A DNA stretch of 64,000 bases from Macrostomum lignano. Taxonomy: Eukaryota. Position 1 is the first letter of the stretch; every line of letters begins with the position of its first letter. The notes below the pieces were generated by a model. It saw only the letters and a program-made list of their open reading frames with translations, made no database searches and was not told the origin of the DNA. Shown here piece by piece: positions 35,926 through 47,860 of the stretch. A program made the position numbers and the translations under genes. The stretch covers positions 125,230 to 189,229 of the forward strand of contig NIVC01002258.1 of NCBI GenBank assembly GCA_002269645.1. Reading direction: 5' to 3'.

Positions 35926-37741
35926 GCATGTATATGTACTTTGTAATTATTAATGCACCAAAAATGAGTCAGTTAATTACATTGCAGACTACATTCATTA
36001 TTGTTGACTCAAGTAAGCATAAATTTATATTGGCAATTCCAGGTAAAACATGTTGAGCTGAGAGAGATTCTAAATTCACAGTTAGCACTCGGAAATGAAT
36101 CAATTGAGCATTTAAAATTATCGAGACATGTCAAGTGAATTGTGAAAGTCATTTAGCTACATTAAAAGGGCAAAAATCATTCAAATGTTGCCGGCGCAAA
36201 CAGGACTAAAGCAGGCCTTTCTTTTTTTAGAGTTTGGATACACCAGCAAACAGGAAAAAATCAATCAACTTTGAAGTTTATTGACACTGAATTAACCTCT
36301 TGACAAACACATTGTGACTTGATTCTGTGAGTTGAAGTTCAGGAGTTCACAGGTGAGATCAATGATTGACATACATGTAGTTACAGTGATTAATTACTCT
36401 TAGGGCAGTTATTCCTCATCTCTGGACGTACATGTATTTCTCCAAGCTTTTCTTTAACCATCAGAGCGCAAAATTTTGGCCCACAATAGTAAAGATTTGC
36501 TCCTGCACATTCCTTTCCTTCTACTCATCAGTAGCTACACAAGTAGGGCGTCGCCACCGCGGGGTGACAGGGCCGGGGGACATGTCCCCTCCCCCCCCCA
36601 GTAAAAGCTATGCGGCTACTGGGGAGTGGGGAACATGCCAATGCTTTGTCCCCCACCCCACCTTGTCACCCGTTGTAAAAATCAATTGTTTCTTCAGGGC
36701 GCCAAAATGAGTGTCTGTGGTGCTAAATAAGGGCATGCGGCGCTAAAATGAGCGCTGACAACACTGGTTCTCAGAATAATGGACATTTAGGAATTTATCG
36801 GCATGTACATGTACATGTTAATTCTTTTGGCTTTGTCCCCCCCCCGTAAAAATCCACCCGGTACACGTGTCTGATTTTCACACAGCTCTGTCCGCATCAC
36901 TACGAATGAACAAATGTATAGTGTCCATTGGGAGAGGGGGCGTTATTGAGTAGCCGTCATTTCATTCGTTTACAAGTTTTACTGTACACATGTATTTTCC
37001 CTGTCTTCTTCGCCGGGGAGTACATCTATACATTCAACAGTTTGCAAACGAAGACGCGTCGCAATCTGGTCGCAGCGTCGAGGGCTGAGGCAGATGGCCG
37101 AAAATATCATCGGACAATTCGAACACAGCGCCCGCTTGTTGGTTGGAGTCGCCGTTGTTGTTCTCCGTATGCTGCAGTTAATGAATTGTAGAATATAGAG
37201 ATTTTTAGTATAGGCCGAGCGGAACTCCTCCGTTGGAGGAGAAAGAGGATAGGCGAGAAATACTAGCCGACTTTGGCCCTCTTGGGGTACGAGTATTCTA
37301 TGCCGGGAGCTGTTAATATATACTTAGGAGCAGCAGAAGCTAATTATAGTCTATGGTCTTAACCCCGGGGTTTTCATGCTGAAGTGGCCCAGGAACTCTA
37401 AATCTAGTTGCTAGATTTAGAGTTCCTTGAATTGGCCCATTTTAGCAGTTGCCATAGATAGGTTTTACCATAGTCAACAGCGATTGAGAAAAATCAAATT
37501 TCTCCAACAGAGCATACGATAAATGCGCTAAGCGATACGATAGATATGGGTTCATTAATTAACGGTCTCCAAGTGATTTCTTTGAAAATCCTTCTAAGTT
37601 CAGTTGACCATCCCTAAGTCGAGTTAAAGTCAAGTTGTGCATATTTCTAGCCTCCAATGTTTCAAACTCAGTCTTTCTACTTATACTTGCACATTATTGC
37701 ACAGTAAACTTTTGCTCATTAAGAAAGAATCATTTAATTAC

Positions 37742-37872
37742 CGATTGCGTCTTGGAGAAGCAACAGCATTGACAGTATTTGCACAGCAGGATTGCCAGTA
37801 TGAGTATCGTGATGAGCAGTATTAGAATGAAAGCTAACAGCCCAGTTAGCACAGCCAGTTGTACAGTGGGGT
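37742..37872 (-). CDS. Exon encoding a transmembrane helix and juxtamembrane Cys cluster
   Basis: Acceptor CACCGCAG|AC and donor TCG|GTAATT. PTVQLAVLTGLLAFILILLITILILAILLCKYCQCCCFSKTQS. Confidence 0.6.
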
Positions 37873-37904
37873 CTGCGGTGTGTGAGATGTAATTAAGTTT
37901 AAGT

Positions 37905-37992
37905 AAGTGTGTAAGTAAGTCAGTCAGTCCGTCAGTCAGTGAGTAAGTAAATAGGTAATTACGTAAGTAAGTAAGTGAGTAAGTAAGTAAAC

Positions 37993-38053
<61 letters not shown>
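37905..38053. repeat. (TAAG)n microsatellite
   Basis: Direct observation. Confidence 0.95.
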
Positions 38054-38054
<1 letters not shown>

Positions 38055-38324
38055 TAAATCTGCAATGTTCCGTTGCTGACCTGCACAGAAAATCGCTGGT
38101 GCACACGCAGTCGCGTTCCCAACGTATCTGTCATCATCTGCGTAGGCGCTCATAACTCCGCTCACAATGGCACCTTGTTGCCAATGCTGCGCATGATTGG
38201 CCGGATTCGAACCAAAGCTGTCTTTGTAGGCGCCGACGCCGTTACGAGAGTTCTGATTTATTGGTTTTAGATTCATGCAAAGGAATGAATTAACTAGCTG
38301 CAGACATTTGCAATTCTTTCAAAT

Positions 38325-38520
38325 CTAAATTTCATTTAAGAGGAGGCGCCATTTCATTTGAGAGGTGGCGCCACTTCATTTGGGATGAGGCGCCATTTCA
38401 TTTGAGAGGCGGCGCCATTTCATTTGAGAGGAGGCGCCATTTCATTTGAGAGGAGGCGCCATTTCATTTGAGAGGAGGCGCCATTTCATTTGAGAGGAGG
38501 CGCCATTTCATTTGAGGGGA
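38325..38520. repeat. 22-bp minisatellite (ttcatttgagaggaggcgccat)
   Basis: About 8 direct copies. Confidence 0.92.
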
Positions 38521-40804
38521 CACCATATACTGGTGTCCCCTAACTGATTGGGCCCCCAATTGCTCCCATGCTACACCGCTACAACTTTTCCATTTCAAGA
38601 ACGAAATTTTCTATAGATTTCTCATCATCTCGTCATATTGATTTCAAATCAAAAGTCGATAAACCTCGCATTGACTATCTAGATAGCATCTGGATACCGG
38701 AGTTAGGCGATCTAATCATATATATAGATATACTTATTAGGGCCAAATATCAAGGCACAGATATAGTCAGACACCTGCTTACGTAGATCCTTATAAAGCA
38801 GACGTTTATCCCCGGCTGTTGAGCAGTTGACTCAGCGCATGCAGCCAACTCTCAGAAGGAATTCGAGTTTCCAACAATAGAACAATATTTTGCTCAATAA
38901 TATTTCGGTTAAAAAGCTTTCCTCTTTAATCTTCTGCTTAATAAGATACTTCTTTTTTGTGCTTGCGGTATGAATACAGGTAGCTACGCGGGGGGGGGGT
39001 GCGCGTTTTGCCCGCCGCACATTGGTGTCCGTGCGGCTGTGTGCCCTGGGGTAGCTCTGTGATACTAGCACACACATTCTCTTTCAAGTTCTCTCACTCT
39101 CTCACCCCCCCCCCGAGTCTAAAATACTCTATCCAACGCAGTAAAGGTGTGTTTTGCAAGTGCAACTCTGCTGGTTCTGTAATGCGGCCGACTCTGCAAC
39201 ATAGCTGCTGTCCAAAAATAAATCCAATTTCTTTACTGCCGAGAGGAGAGGAGAGGAGAGGAGGAGAGGAGAGGTGCGCAAAAAAGGCACAGAGATTCTG
39301 TCTAAACAGCCAATTCGAGTGTTCGGGCCCTGGCGTGAGTCACTGCTCTGTGTTTATTTTGCTAATCGCATAGCATGGCAATATAATGCATGCGATACTG
39401 CAATTGGCTAAACCGCCTTAGACAAGAATTTACACGCACACCAAGCTGTCCAGCTGCTTAGCTAATAATGTACATTGTACAAGTATCCTGCGCACATGTA
39501 TACGTACCTGTTTCTGTGGACCACCGATACTAGAATAACTATACGCTCGTAGATGGGCCACTCAGCGCATTTGCGTGTAAGCTACTTTCAGTTCAGTAGT
39601 AAGTTGAACTGAAGCATTTTAATGTATTTTTAAAGACTTAAGGCTTTTTATTGGCTCTGAACCCCTCCTAAGCTTAGCTCGTAAACCCTCAAAACTCCAC
39701 ACGGAACCTCAACCCTGCACCGCCACCCAGTTTTTATTGCCTTCCTCGGCTGTTCCAGCCTAAATCTGCCATGTACATTTCAGTGGCCAATGTACATTAT
39801 TGCTGAACCAATTAGAAGCTATTTACGTCTGCAAGCTTGGCTTCTAAACTCATCAAAGTCATTTCAGCTGCCTTTATTTTCATAAAATAGCTTATGTATT
39901 CTTCATTGCTACTGAACTGAAAGTAGAAAGCTGTTTTGCTAAGTATATATGCCTGAGTGGCCCATCTAGTTATTCTAGTACACATGTGCTGCGGACTAAG
40001 TCCGTGTGTCACTAGAAGAAAGTCCGCTATAGCCTATAGCGTGACTGTTTGAATTTGCTTTAAGTTTCCTTCGTCTCAGTGTGTACAACTGTATGAGCGG
40101 CGAAAAGTGCATTTTGACATCGCTACGTACCAAGCATTTGTACACGTACGTACATGTACATGTGCTGTACAAGCTCTACCAGAAACACAGATGCCCAGGT
40201 TCTTAGTCTGATTCCAGATTCCAAATAGCTAAGCTCGCTATTCTTTTAACATAAAACAGATGTATATGACGAATGACTGATCCATACGACCATAGGGTCA
40301 CTTTTGAGTGTGAAGGACTACTTAAGAGGAAGCAATTAAGTAGTCCTTGAAACATATTGATAAGGACACACTTTTTGCCATTTTAGAATCGTACCAGAGT
40401 TCTCAGCTCCTTTTCTCTTACTCTTAGTAGACAAGTTCGGGTTTTCTAAAAATGGAATTTCAGTGATTTCCACTCTTGTAATTGTTGCAAACTCTCACTT
40501 TGATGCAAACTTGTTGCAAACTCTCACGTCAATTTCAAAACGTTGTTGTTTAACACTTTCACGATTAATAGGTTAGCATTGTTTAACAGGTCGCTGTGAC
40601 GGGCCATCGATGAAGTGCCGAGTTGGTGACTAAAATTGGTCAATCAATTGGCTGTCCTCCAATCAAGATCTGCTTGAATTTTGTGAATTTCACAAACTTT
40701 CAATTCCCCGTTTTATTGAACCACACTGTAGACAATGCTGTCGATCATTTAAAACAAAGAGTCACCGACATGTACTGCAGGCTGTTATCAGGCTAAACAT
40801 ACAT

Positions 40805-40960
40805 GCGCAACCTTGGGAATCACCCGGCCGTTTCTATTGGCAACACACACATGTAAGTCGCTATTGGCTGAGAGCAGTCACGTGACTACTATTCTGTCCA
40901 ATAGCGAATTACGTGTGTGTGTTGCCAATAGAAACGGCCGGGTGAATCCCTAGGTTGCGC
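40805..40960. mobile_element. 156-bp palindromic MITE-like element with about 63-bp TIRs and a central AGTCACGTGACT palindrome
   Basis: gcgcaacc(t/a)gggaatcacccggccgtttctattggcaacacacac... is mirrored at the right end with few mismatches. No TSD is evident. Confidence 0.75.
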
Positions 40961-41216
40961 CCAAGCATGAGGCTAAAATAGAGAAATCACTGCTGCCATC
41001 AACAAATCATCTTTGCAAATCACAGCAGACCCTTTGGCTAAGATGGTTGAGCCTTCAGAAACACAAGAATTACTGCAAAAATATTGCTATAGAAGATCAG
41101 AGCTAGTGAGAGTTTACTTCATGCAAGTTCACTTGAGTCCATTGAGTACGGTTGTCACTCCCTTCTCATCACTCCTTGCTCACCCGAAGAGATGACTCAA
41201 AGTGGCCGCTGCAGAC

Positions 41217-41430
41217 TCAGTGAGAACTCCGCAGATTGGCCACGAGCTGTCGGACTCGAGTCCGGACCCACGAGCCGAGCAGCAGCCACGCGATGCCGGC
41301 GCTGAGGAAGAGCAGCGCCGCCCCCCATGCCGCTACCGTCACAGAGTCGGCAGCTGCCTCTGAAATGCGGGTTGCAGAGCTGCTGCAGTCTGTGCTGTTG
41401 CATCGGTGGCATCCAGCAGCAGCAACAGCA

Positions 41431-41467
<37 letters not shown>

Positions 41468-44400
41468 CAAAAGCAAAACCGAACTCACGAGCAGCTCTGC
41501 CGCCTGCCTCCGTCTTCAGCTCGGCGGCCTCGCACGCGCACGCAGAGAGAGAAAAGTGAGCAGCAAAGCCGGACCTCAAGCCGGTGTACACCACACTCAG
41601 TCCGCTGTCCCTGAGCGGCTGCGTGCCGACAGTGATGAGGCTCAAGCTGAAGCTGGCGTTGCCGCAGACCTCCTTCCGTCTGTGCACGATGGCCTCCGCC
41701 ACAGAGTCCCACTGGGAGACGCTCACCCAGGCCAGGTTGAGGCCGCAGGCTGTGCGGAAGTGCCGCATCGTCACTCCCAGCCTCCAGCACGCGCGCTCAA
41801 GGCCGATCTTTCCCATTCCGGTTCCAAGGAGGCGACGCGCGACGCGAACGACGGAGGCGGCGTCCACTCGGAATGTGCAGTCCGTCTGGCTGTTTCCAGG
41901 CCCGACGCTGAGCGAGCTGCCAATCTGATCCGGACCGATCGCCCGCCACGAGCTCGAGTCCGCCATCGACCTGTCGGACGGGCAGCTGTCGACTGGAACA
42001 GCCAGAACCGTCTGCATGACTTGTGTGATTAGATATGCATTAATGGTCACGTGACTGATTGAGCAAGTTGACCTCACCTTGCCGCACCACGATCTGAGCA
42101 TTGGCCAGCCGTCTGAGCGACGAGCCAACGACGCTCGTCTGGTTGAGCAGCTCTCCGTGCAGGTGATTAGCGATGAGATCGACTGTGACTGAGCTGCCTG
42201 AGAGCACTCGGACTTGCTGCCAGCTGCTAGAATACCTGGCATGTCCCCATCGCACAGAGAAGTCACTTGCTTCTCGTCCGACCCGTTCACTGCAGACACG
42301 ATGAGGCTCAGGTGAGGCTGCACAAATAACGCATTGCTCATGTATGAGCACAGCTGTTCTACAGACTGTCCAGTGAGTGGCAGCAACACCTGCACAATGA
42401 GGTCTTTGCCAGCAGGCGGCGACGCCGTGAACTGGCAGTAGAACACCTGGCTTGTCGAATCAGTCACGAGTGGCACACTGGAGATCCACGACCTGCCGTT
42501 TGCACCCGGCTTGTAGGTCGGACACAGAAACGAGCCGTCTGCAATTGTCGTGATGAGGTCTCGGGTTTTCAAGTGCACAAGGTAGAGCATTTGGAACACG
42601 TGTGCTCGATGGTCTCACCTTGGATCCAGCTGAGCTGCTCCAGTGTGGCAGTGAAGCCTTCAGTCCACTCGGCCACCACTGCTACTGGCTCATTGTGTCT
42701 GGTCCATTCCAGCTGGCTTGCGGTGGAGTTGCACTGCACTGAGGTCACCGAGTCATCGGCCACCAACACCAGTCTACCGGTGCTGTTCGTGAAGTTGACC
42801 GACACCTGCAGCTTGGTGCCGCGGAATGACTGGAATGCGTAGAGACAGCACGCTGTGTCAACAAGTATGTGAGCTGCGTTAACATGAAGCGCTCTGGCCA
42901 CCACAGTTCAGTCTTACATCACTGGCCGCCTTTGGCAGCACTGAGGCGACTCTGTGTGGCAGTCCGAGTCCGAGCGCAGCACCGTCTGCTTGACGTGAAC
43001 GAGTCGCTGTCCTGTCGTGGTCTCCGTCACCGGCGGCTGGCTTTGGGACTGCAGCTTGAGTTTTGAGCAGACTGAAGCAGCGAAGCTAATTGAGGTGCTG
43101 GAGTGCTACTGATGTGCAGCTGATGTTCTGAGAGGAGAATCGGACTTACCGTTGTTCATTCCGCTCTGCACAATCGGAATGTGATCAAAGTAGAACTCAT
43201 AGTTCAGCTCTGCATTGTCGTTGGTACCAGCAATATGGATTTGCATTTCTCCGGCACTTATGTACGAATCATGGAAGGTTTTTTCTCTACAAGAAGAGCA
43301 AATCCGTTGGTTTAGCTGACGGCTCTGATTAAGGATGTCCGCCTTGGTGACGGCGTGCAGCTGGCCAAGATGTTGACGGACAACCCTCTGCGCGAGTCCT
43401 CGTCTTTTTGCCAGATGGAGTTCGAGAGCGCAATATCTATGATGGCGTATCACTAAATTGTAGGGAACTAATTCACTAAACCACTTATCGACAATTAGAA
43501 ATGAACGATAAAGGCGACGAAAATGTCTTTTGTAAGACAGGTACTCGTAGACCTGAAAGGTTGAAGTGTGCAGCTCTCGCAGTCGGAATCGGATCAGATG
43601 ATGAGCATCTCTGGGCTGTACTCTCCAGTTCTGAGAAGGCCCGAGCGTACTCTCGCCTTGCACCTTGTCTCGATACGACCCGTCCGGGAGGATGGAGCCG
43701 CACCAATTTGCTGATGAAGTTACTAAAAGTGCATTTGCGGAGCGCATTTACAGGTAACTAGTAGATTATTTCCAGATTGCTCCGGTTAAAACTAGTGTTA
43801 CTTTTCACTGTATCTCTCGTTCTGATGGCCCAAATAACATAATTTTGCACCATTTTTATAGCGGCAACCATTGATGAAGGAATAACATGGATTGCTCATC
43901 TGAAACTTTGGAATTCACCCCCGCAGGAAAGTATTGGCTGCTGAATGTTAAAAATAATCCCCCGTAGGATTTGACTCGCTGCTGAGAGCTGCTGGGAATC
44001 CAAAGATTTCAGGTGAGCAATCCATAGTATTCCTTCATCCATGGCGGCAACTGTACTTCATACGTATTAACTTTAAAATCAGACAAATTGTAAAATCAGA
44101 CGATTTTTGTTACGAACAGCAGAAAGCTAGCGGAAAGCTAGGATAGTACTTTTGATTGAATGCAATCAGAACTCTTTGCTTGGCTGCTGTGGCAAAGAAA
44201 CATCGATGAAAAAACTTGCAGAAACCTTATAAAGCATTTAGAGCAGCAGAATGTTTCCCAATGGGCTACAGCTTCATTGCTTTTTTGTTCCCTCCTTTTC
44301 CTGCGCCCAAAATCATGGATGTGCATTCAAGTGTTTCTGGCGCAGTGCAGCTGAGAGTCATGCGCAGCTTTCATCGGCTCATGGGTCTAGCGCAGTCATT

Positions 44401-44636
44401 TTACACGTTTACTGCAGCCAGTCACCTGTTTGTCAGCTTCCACTTCAAATTTTGCTAGCTTGTTGACTTACTGCAAAACTATGCTCAAAACTCCTGCTAG
44501 ATTTTTGTTTATAACTTTTGTTTCCATTGTCTGATTTTAAAGATGTTAAAGTTAATGTCAAGAGACCCAAACACTTACTGGCACCGAGACTGATGGTCAA
44601 CACCAGCAGGTGAGCAGCAACTGCAGCAATCGCCAT
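41217..44636 (-). CDS. Signal-peptide, multi-CUB-like extracellular, single-pass membrane protein; exons 44636-44579, 43722-43150, 43048-42619, 42538-42078, 42011-41489, 41359-41217; about 728 aa
   Basis: MAIAAVAAHLLVLTISLGA signal peptide. CUB-like patterns: WCGSIL...W.V...LIRFRL...ICSSC...YEFYF and NCGG...CLYAFQSFRGTKLQVSVNF...EGFTAT. C-terminal TM VAAWGAALLFLSAGIAWLLLG. Junction phases are consistent (1,1,1,0,1) apart from one extra nucleotide in exon 3. Confidence 0.68.
43869..44043. mobile_element. hAT-type MITE (175 bp) with about 50-bp imperfect TIRs and a perfect 8-bp TSD
   Basis: TSD GCGGCAAC at 43861-43868 and 44044-44051. Termini CATTGATGAAGGAATA.../...TATTCCTTCATCCATG. An 8-bp TSD with CA termini is typical of hAT. 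Confidence 0.82.
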
Positions 44637-45096
44637 GACCGGCAGCAATCAAGCAGTGAGGCTGGACTTTGCTACGCGAAATGTTGATGAGGCTGCAGCT
44701 AAGATTCGCACAAGCTTTTGAACCTGCGCGATCTTGACGCCTGGGCAGGTGAAGCTTCTGCACTATCGGATTCAAGCCGCACTTTTTATGGCCACCAAGC
44801 AACTGAGAGGCTTGGAAATCGGCTGGCTTCCGGTGCTCCGGTACTAAAGCTCTTGAGATTGAATTCATGGATGATGTAGTGCAAGAATTTGTGCATGTTT
44901 TCGTTAGCAGTCGGCTTTACTTGCCCTCCTGACAAGCTGCAAATTACGAGGCAGGAGGGATTCATGAAAATCGCTCCCTCAAAAAGCACTTTCCGTCTCG
45001 TACTGCATCAGTAATCAGAGATTCAGACAGACGACTGCAGACGAAATCAGAGAGCCAGAGAGACACTTTGCACTAATTTGCACTTTGCACTTATTT

Positions 45097-45222
45097 GCAC
45101 TTATTATATTTGCAGACTTATTATATTTGCAGACTTATTATATTTGCAGACTTATTATATTTGCAGACTTATTATATTTGCAGACTTATTATATTTGCAG
45201 ACTTATTATATTTGCAGACTTA
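45097..45222. repeat. 17-bp minisatellite (atttgcagacttattat) abutting the RTE 5' end
   Basis: About 7 direct copies. Confidence 0.92.
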
Positions 45223-47860
45223 TGGTATAGCCAGAGAACCGCGCTTAACTGCTGCGGCGGCCAACAGCGGCAAGACCAAGCGAGGGCAGCAAAGTGAGCG
45301 CCGGCGAAACCGGCGAGGTCGGCAACGTGGTTCCGCCAGTCGAGCTGCTGCTTTCCTTGGCCAATAGGATCTTCCGGGTGGCGCCGGGGGACCGTGAGGC
45401 TCACTGTCATCGAGCCCCAGCCGTACCACAGGGCACGCTTCGGGTCGGGACGCTGAACTACCGCACTCTTAAGGCCGCCTGGCAGAGAGGGCTGCTGGCG
45501 CAGCTAGCGCACGACCTCACATGAGCGATGTCATCTCGCTGCATGAGGTGTCCATCAGGGCCGACCTGGGAATTCACTGTGAGGACCTGGGCGCCGGCTG
45601 GACCCTCTGGTACACGTCGGCGGACCAACGAGGCCGTAGAGGAGTTGGAGCGCTGATCGGACCGAGACTGCAGCAGAGCTGTCGCTGCACCTCCCTGTCT
45701 GACCGGCTGCTTCGGGTCGACGTCCGGCTTCATGGCCGGAACGCTCGCTTGTTCTGCGCGTATGCGCCTCCTGCCACCCGACCTGACGAGGCTCAAGTCT
45801 TCTTCGAGCAGCTCTCGGCCCAGGTGGAGGAGACGGCGCAGCGTGAGACATTGGTCGTCCTCGGACACCTGAACGCGATTTTGCGTAGGTCCGAGCGGTC
45901 GCCGTTTGTGACACCGCGCGAGAACGGCAACACCGGAGCGCTGGAGGACTTCCTGGAGAGGCAGGACATGGTGTCGGCCAATACCCGCTTCCGCAAGCCA
46001 CCCGGCAGGCTCGCGACCTTCGTGGGCTGCAAGCGGAGGCGGAGGAATGCGCGCGGCCGGAATGCAACGCGGAGGCAGGCACAGCTCGACCACTTGCTTG
46101 TGCATCTTCGTGAGCGCCGCCGCGCCGTCAACTGCCGCGACATCACACCGTTGGCTCTGCGGTCCGACCACCGGCTCCTCATCTGCGACCTGCGTGTACG
46201 CGATCCGCTCTACCGTCCGCCGAAGCGGCCACCGCGGCGCTACTACCGTGCGCTCAAGGACACCTAGGCCCGTCGCAATTTCGCTAGTGCCTTCGTCAGC
46301 GCGCTTGGCGACAGGTGCGGGTGCGCCGAGTACACGGACGTAAGTGCTGCGGTTAGAGCCGCGGCGGAGCAAGCAGTCCCGCTGATGCAACCGGCCCAAC
46401 GTAGACAGCCGGTCTGGCAGGACGACCCTGCGATTCGGCAAGCGAGGGCAGAGCTGGAGAGGCTCCGTCTGAGCAGGCGGCCAACTCGCGAGGCGGAAGA
46501 GGCAACAGGCCGCTGTGGACGGCGCCATCCAGACAGTCTCCGCCGCTGGACCCGACGCCAAAGGGCGCATGGCCTGCTCCGCCATCAATGCTCTGACCGG
46601 GCGGAAGCGGCGCATCCCGCTCAATCTGGCTGGCGACACTCCGGATGAGCGCAGAAATGAGTTTTTGGCTTTGAGAGTTTTAATGTAGCCCCAGTCAGCA
46701 CAGCCGACCCAACAGTAACCGGGCCGGAAAGCGCTGGGTCCGGACGAGGTTGCCCATTGAGGCGCTGCGACTCCACTGTGTGGCCAGCGAGGTTGCCAGT
46801 GTGATGAACCGCGTGCTTTTCGGTGAGGCGGCACCCAACGAATGGACCACGGCGCACATCGTCGCTATTCCGAAGAAGCCGTGCTTGAGGAGCACCAAGG
46901 GATCTGCCTGCAGTCCTGCGCTGCGAAGCTGTTCAACCGGATGCTGCTATCGCGGTGGCAGCCCGTGCTGGATCCGTATTTGCGGTCTGAACAGAACGGC
47001 TTCCGGCCACACCACGGCACAGTGGCGCAGATCCTGGCTCTTTGCCGAGTCATCGAGGAAGCGCGGACCCGCCAGTCGAGCCTGATTGCTCTCTTTGTTG
47101 ACTTCAGGAAGGCTTTCGACTAGGTCATGAGAGCCGTGCTCCCAATGGTGCTTCGTGCGTACAACGTGCCAGAGCAGCTGATTTCCGCCGTCATGGCGCT
47201 GTATCACGGCACGAACGCTGCTGTGCTGACACCGGACGGCCTGTCGGATTTCTTTGAGACATCCTCTTGGGTGCTTCAGGGAGATACGCTTGCGCCGTTC
47301 CTGTTCGTCCTGGTGCTTGACTGGCTGCTGCGGACTGCTCTCCCTTCTAACGACGACGGCTTCCTGTTTCAGCGACACGTGGGTCGACGCCAACCGGAAA
47401 GGCGGCTCAGCGTGCTGGGCTACGCCGATGATCTCGCCCTGCTGTCCTCGACCGTCGAGGGCGCCCAACGCCAGCTGGACCGGCTAGAGATCGTTGCAAC
47501 GAGTGTCGACCTGGTGGTCAACACGCTGAAGACCGTCGTGCTCTGCGTGCCGGACGACATCGAGGCTGCAATTTTCTGCCGAGGCGCTGACGGACAGGCG
47601 ACGAAGCTTCCGTGCTGTCAGTAGTTCGTCTAACCTCGGCGGTCTGGTGCCTGACGTTCGAGAGGACCCTACGACGTCGCCGTGGATTTGCCTGGGCTAC
47701 CTTCCGTTCCGTGAGGGGGCAGGCGCGTACTCGGCGTTTCGTCGACTGCATGCCTGCTGGCTGATGCCGGCGCCCCGGACACTACGTTCCTATACGTTCG
47801 CCTACGTTCGCGCTCAGGCCTTGAAACGCGCCTTGTGACGTTGTCTGCTGACTGACTGAC
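45223..47860 (+). mobile_element. Decayed RTE-clade non-LTR retrotransposon (APE and RT pseudogene; internal deletions; (CTGA)n tail)
   Basis: LRVGTLNYRTL; DVISLHEV; SDHRLL; AAKLFNRMLL...EQNGFRP; FVDFRKAFD*; VLQGDTLAPFLFVLVLDWLLR; GYADD (47421-47432). Frameshifts near 45520 and 46890, stops at 46267, 47123 and 47624. Tail ctgactgactgac at 47848-47860. Confidence 0.9.

Noticed and set aside
36554-36860. Possible Harbinger/hAT-like MITE (agggcgtcgcca...GGGGACATGTCCCC palindrome)
   Set aside because: No matching right TIR or TSD was found, so it is too weak to annotate.
37085-37103. CTGAGGCAGATGGCCGAAA, resembling a hammerhead stem II plus GAAA
   Set aside because: It lacks the CUGANGA core (reads CUGAGGC) and has no convincing stems I or III. 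At best it is a dead remnant.
38073-38276. YADD motif in a minus-strand ORF next to (CTTA)n
   Set aside because: No other RT motifs surround it, so it is probably chance.
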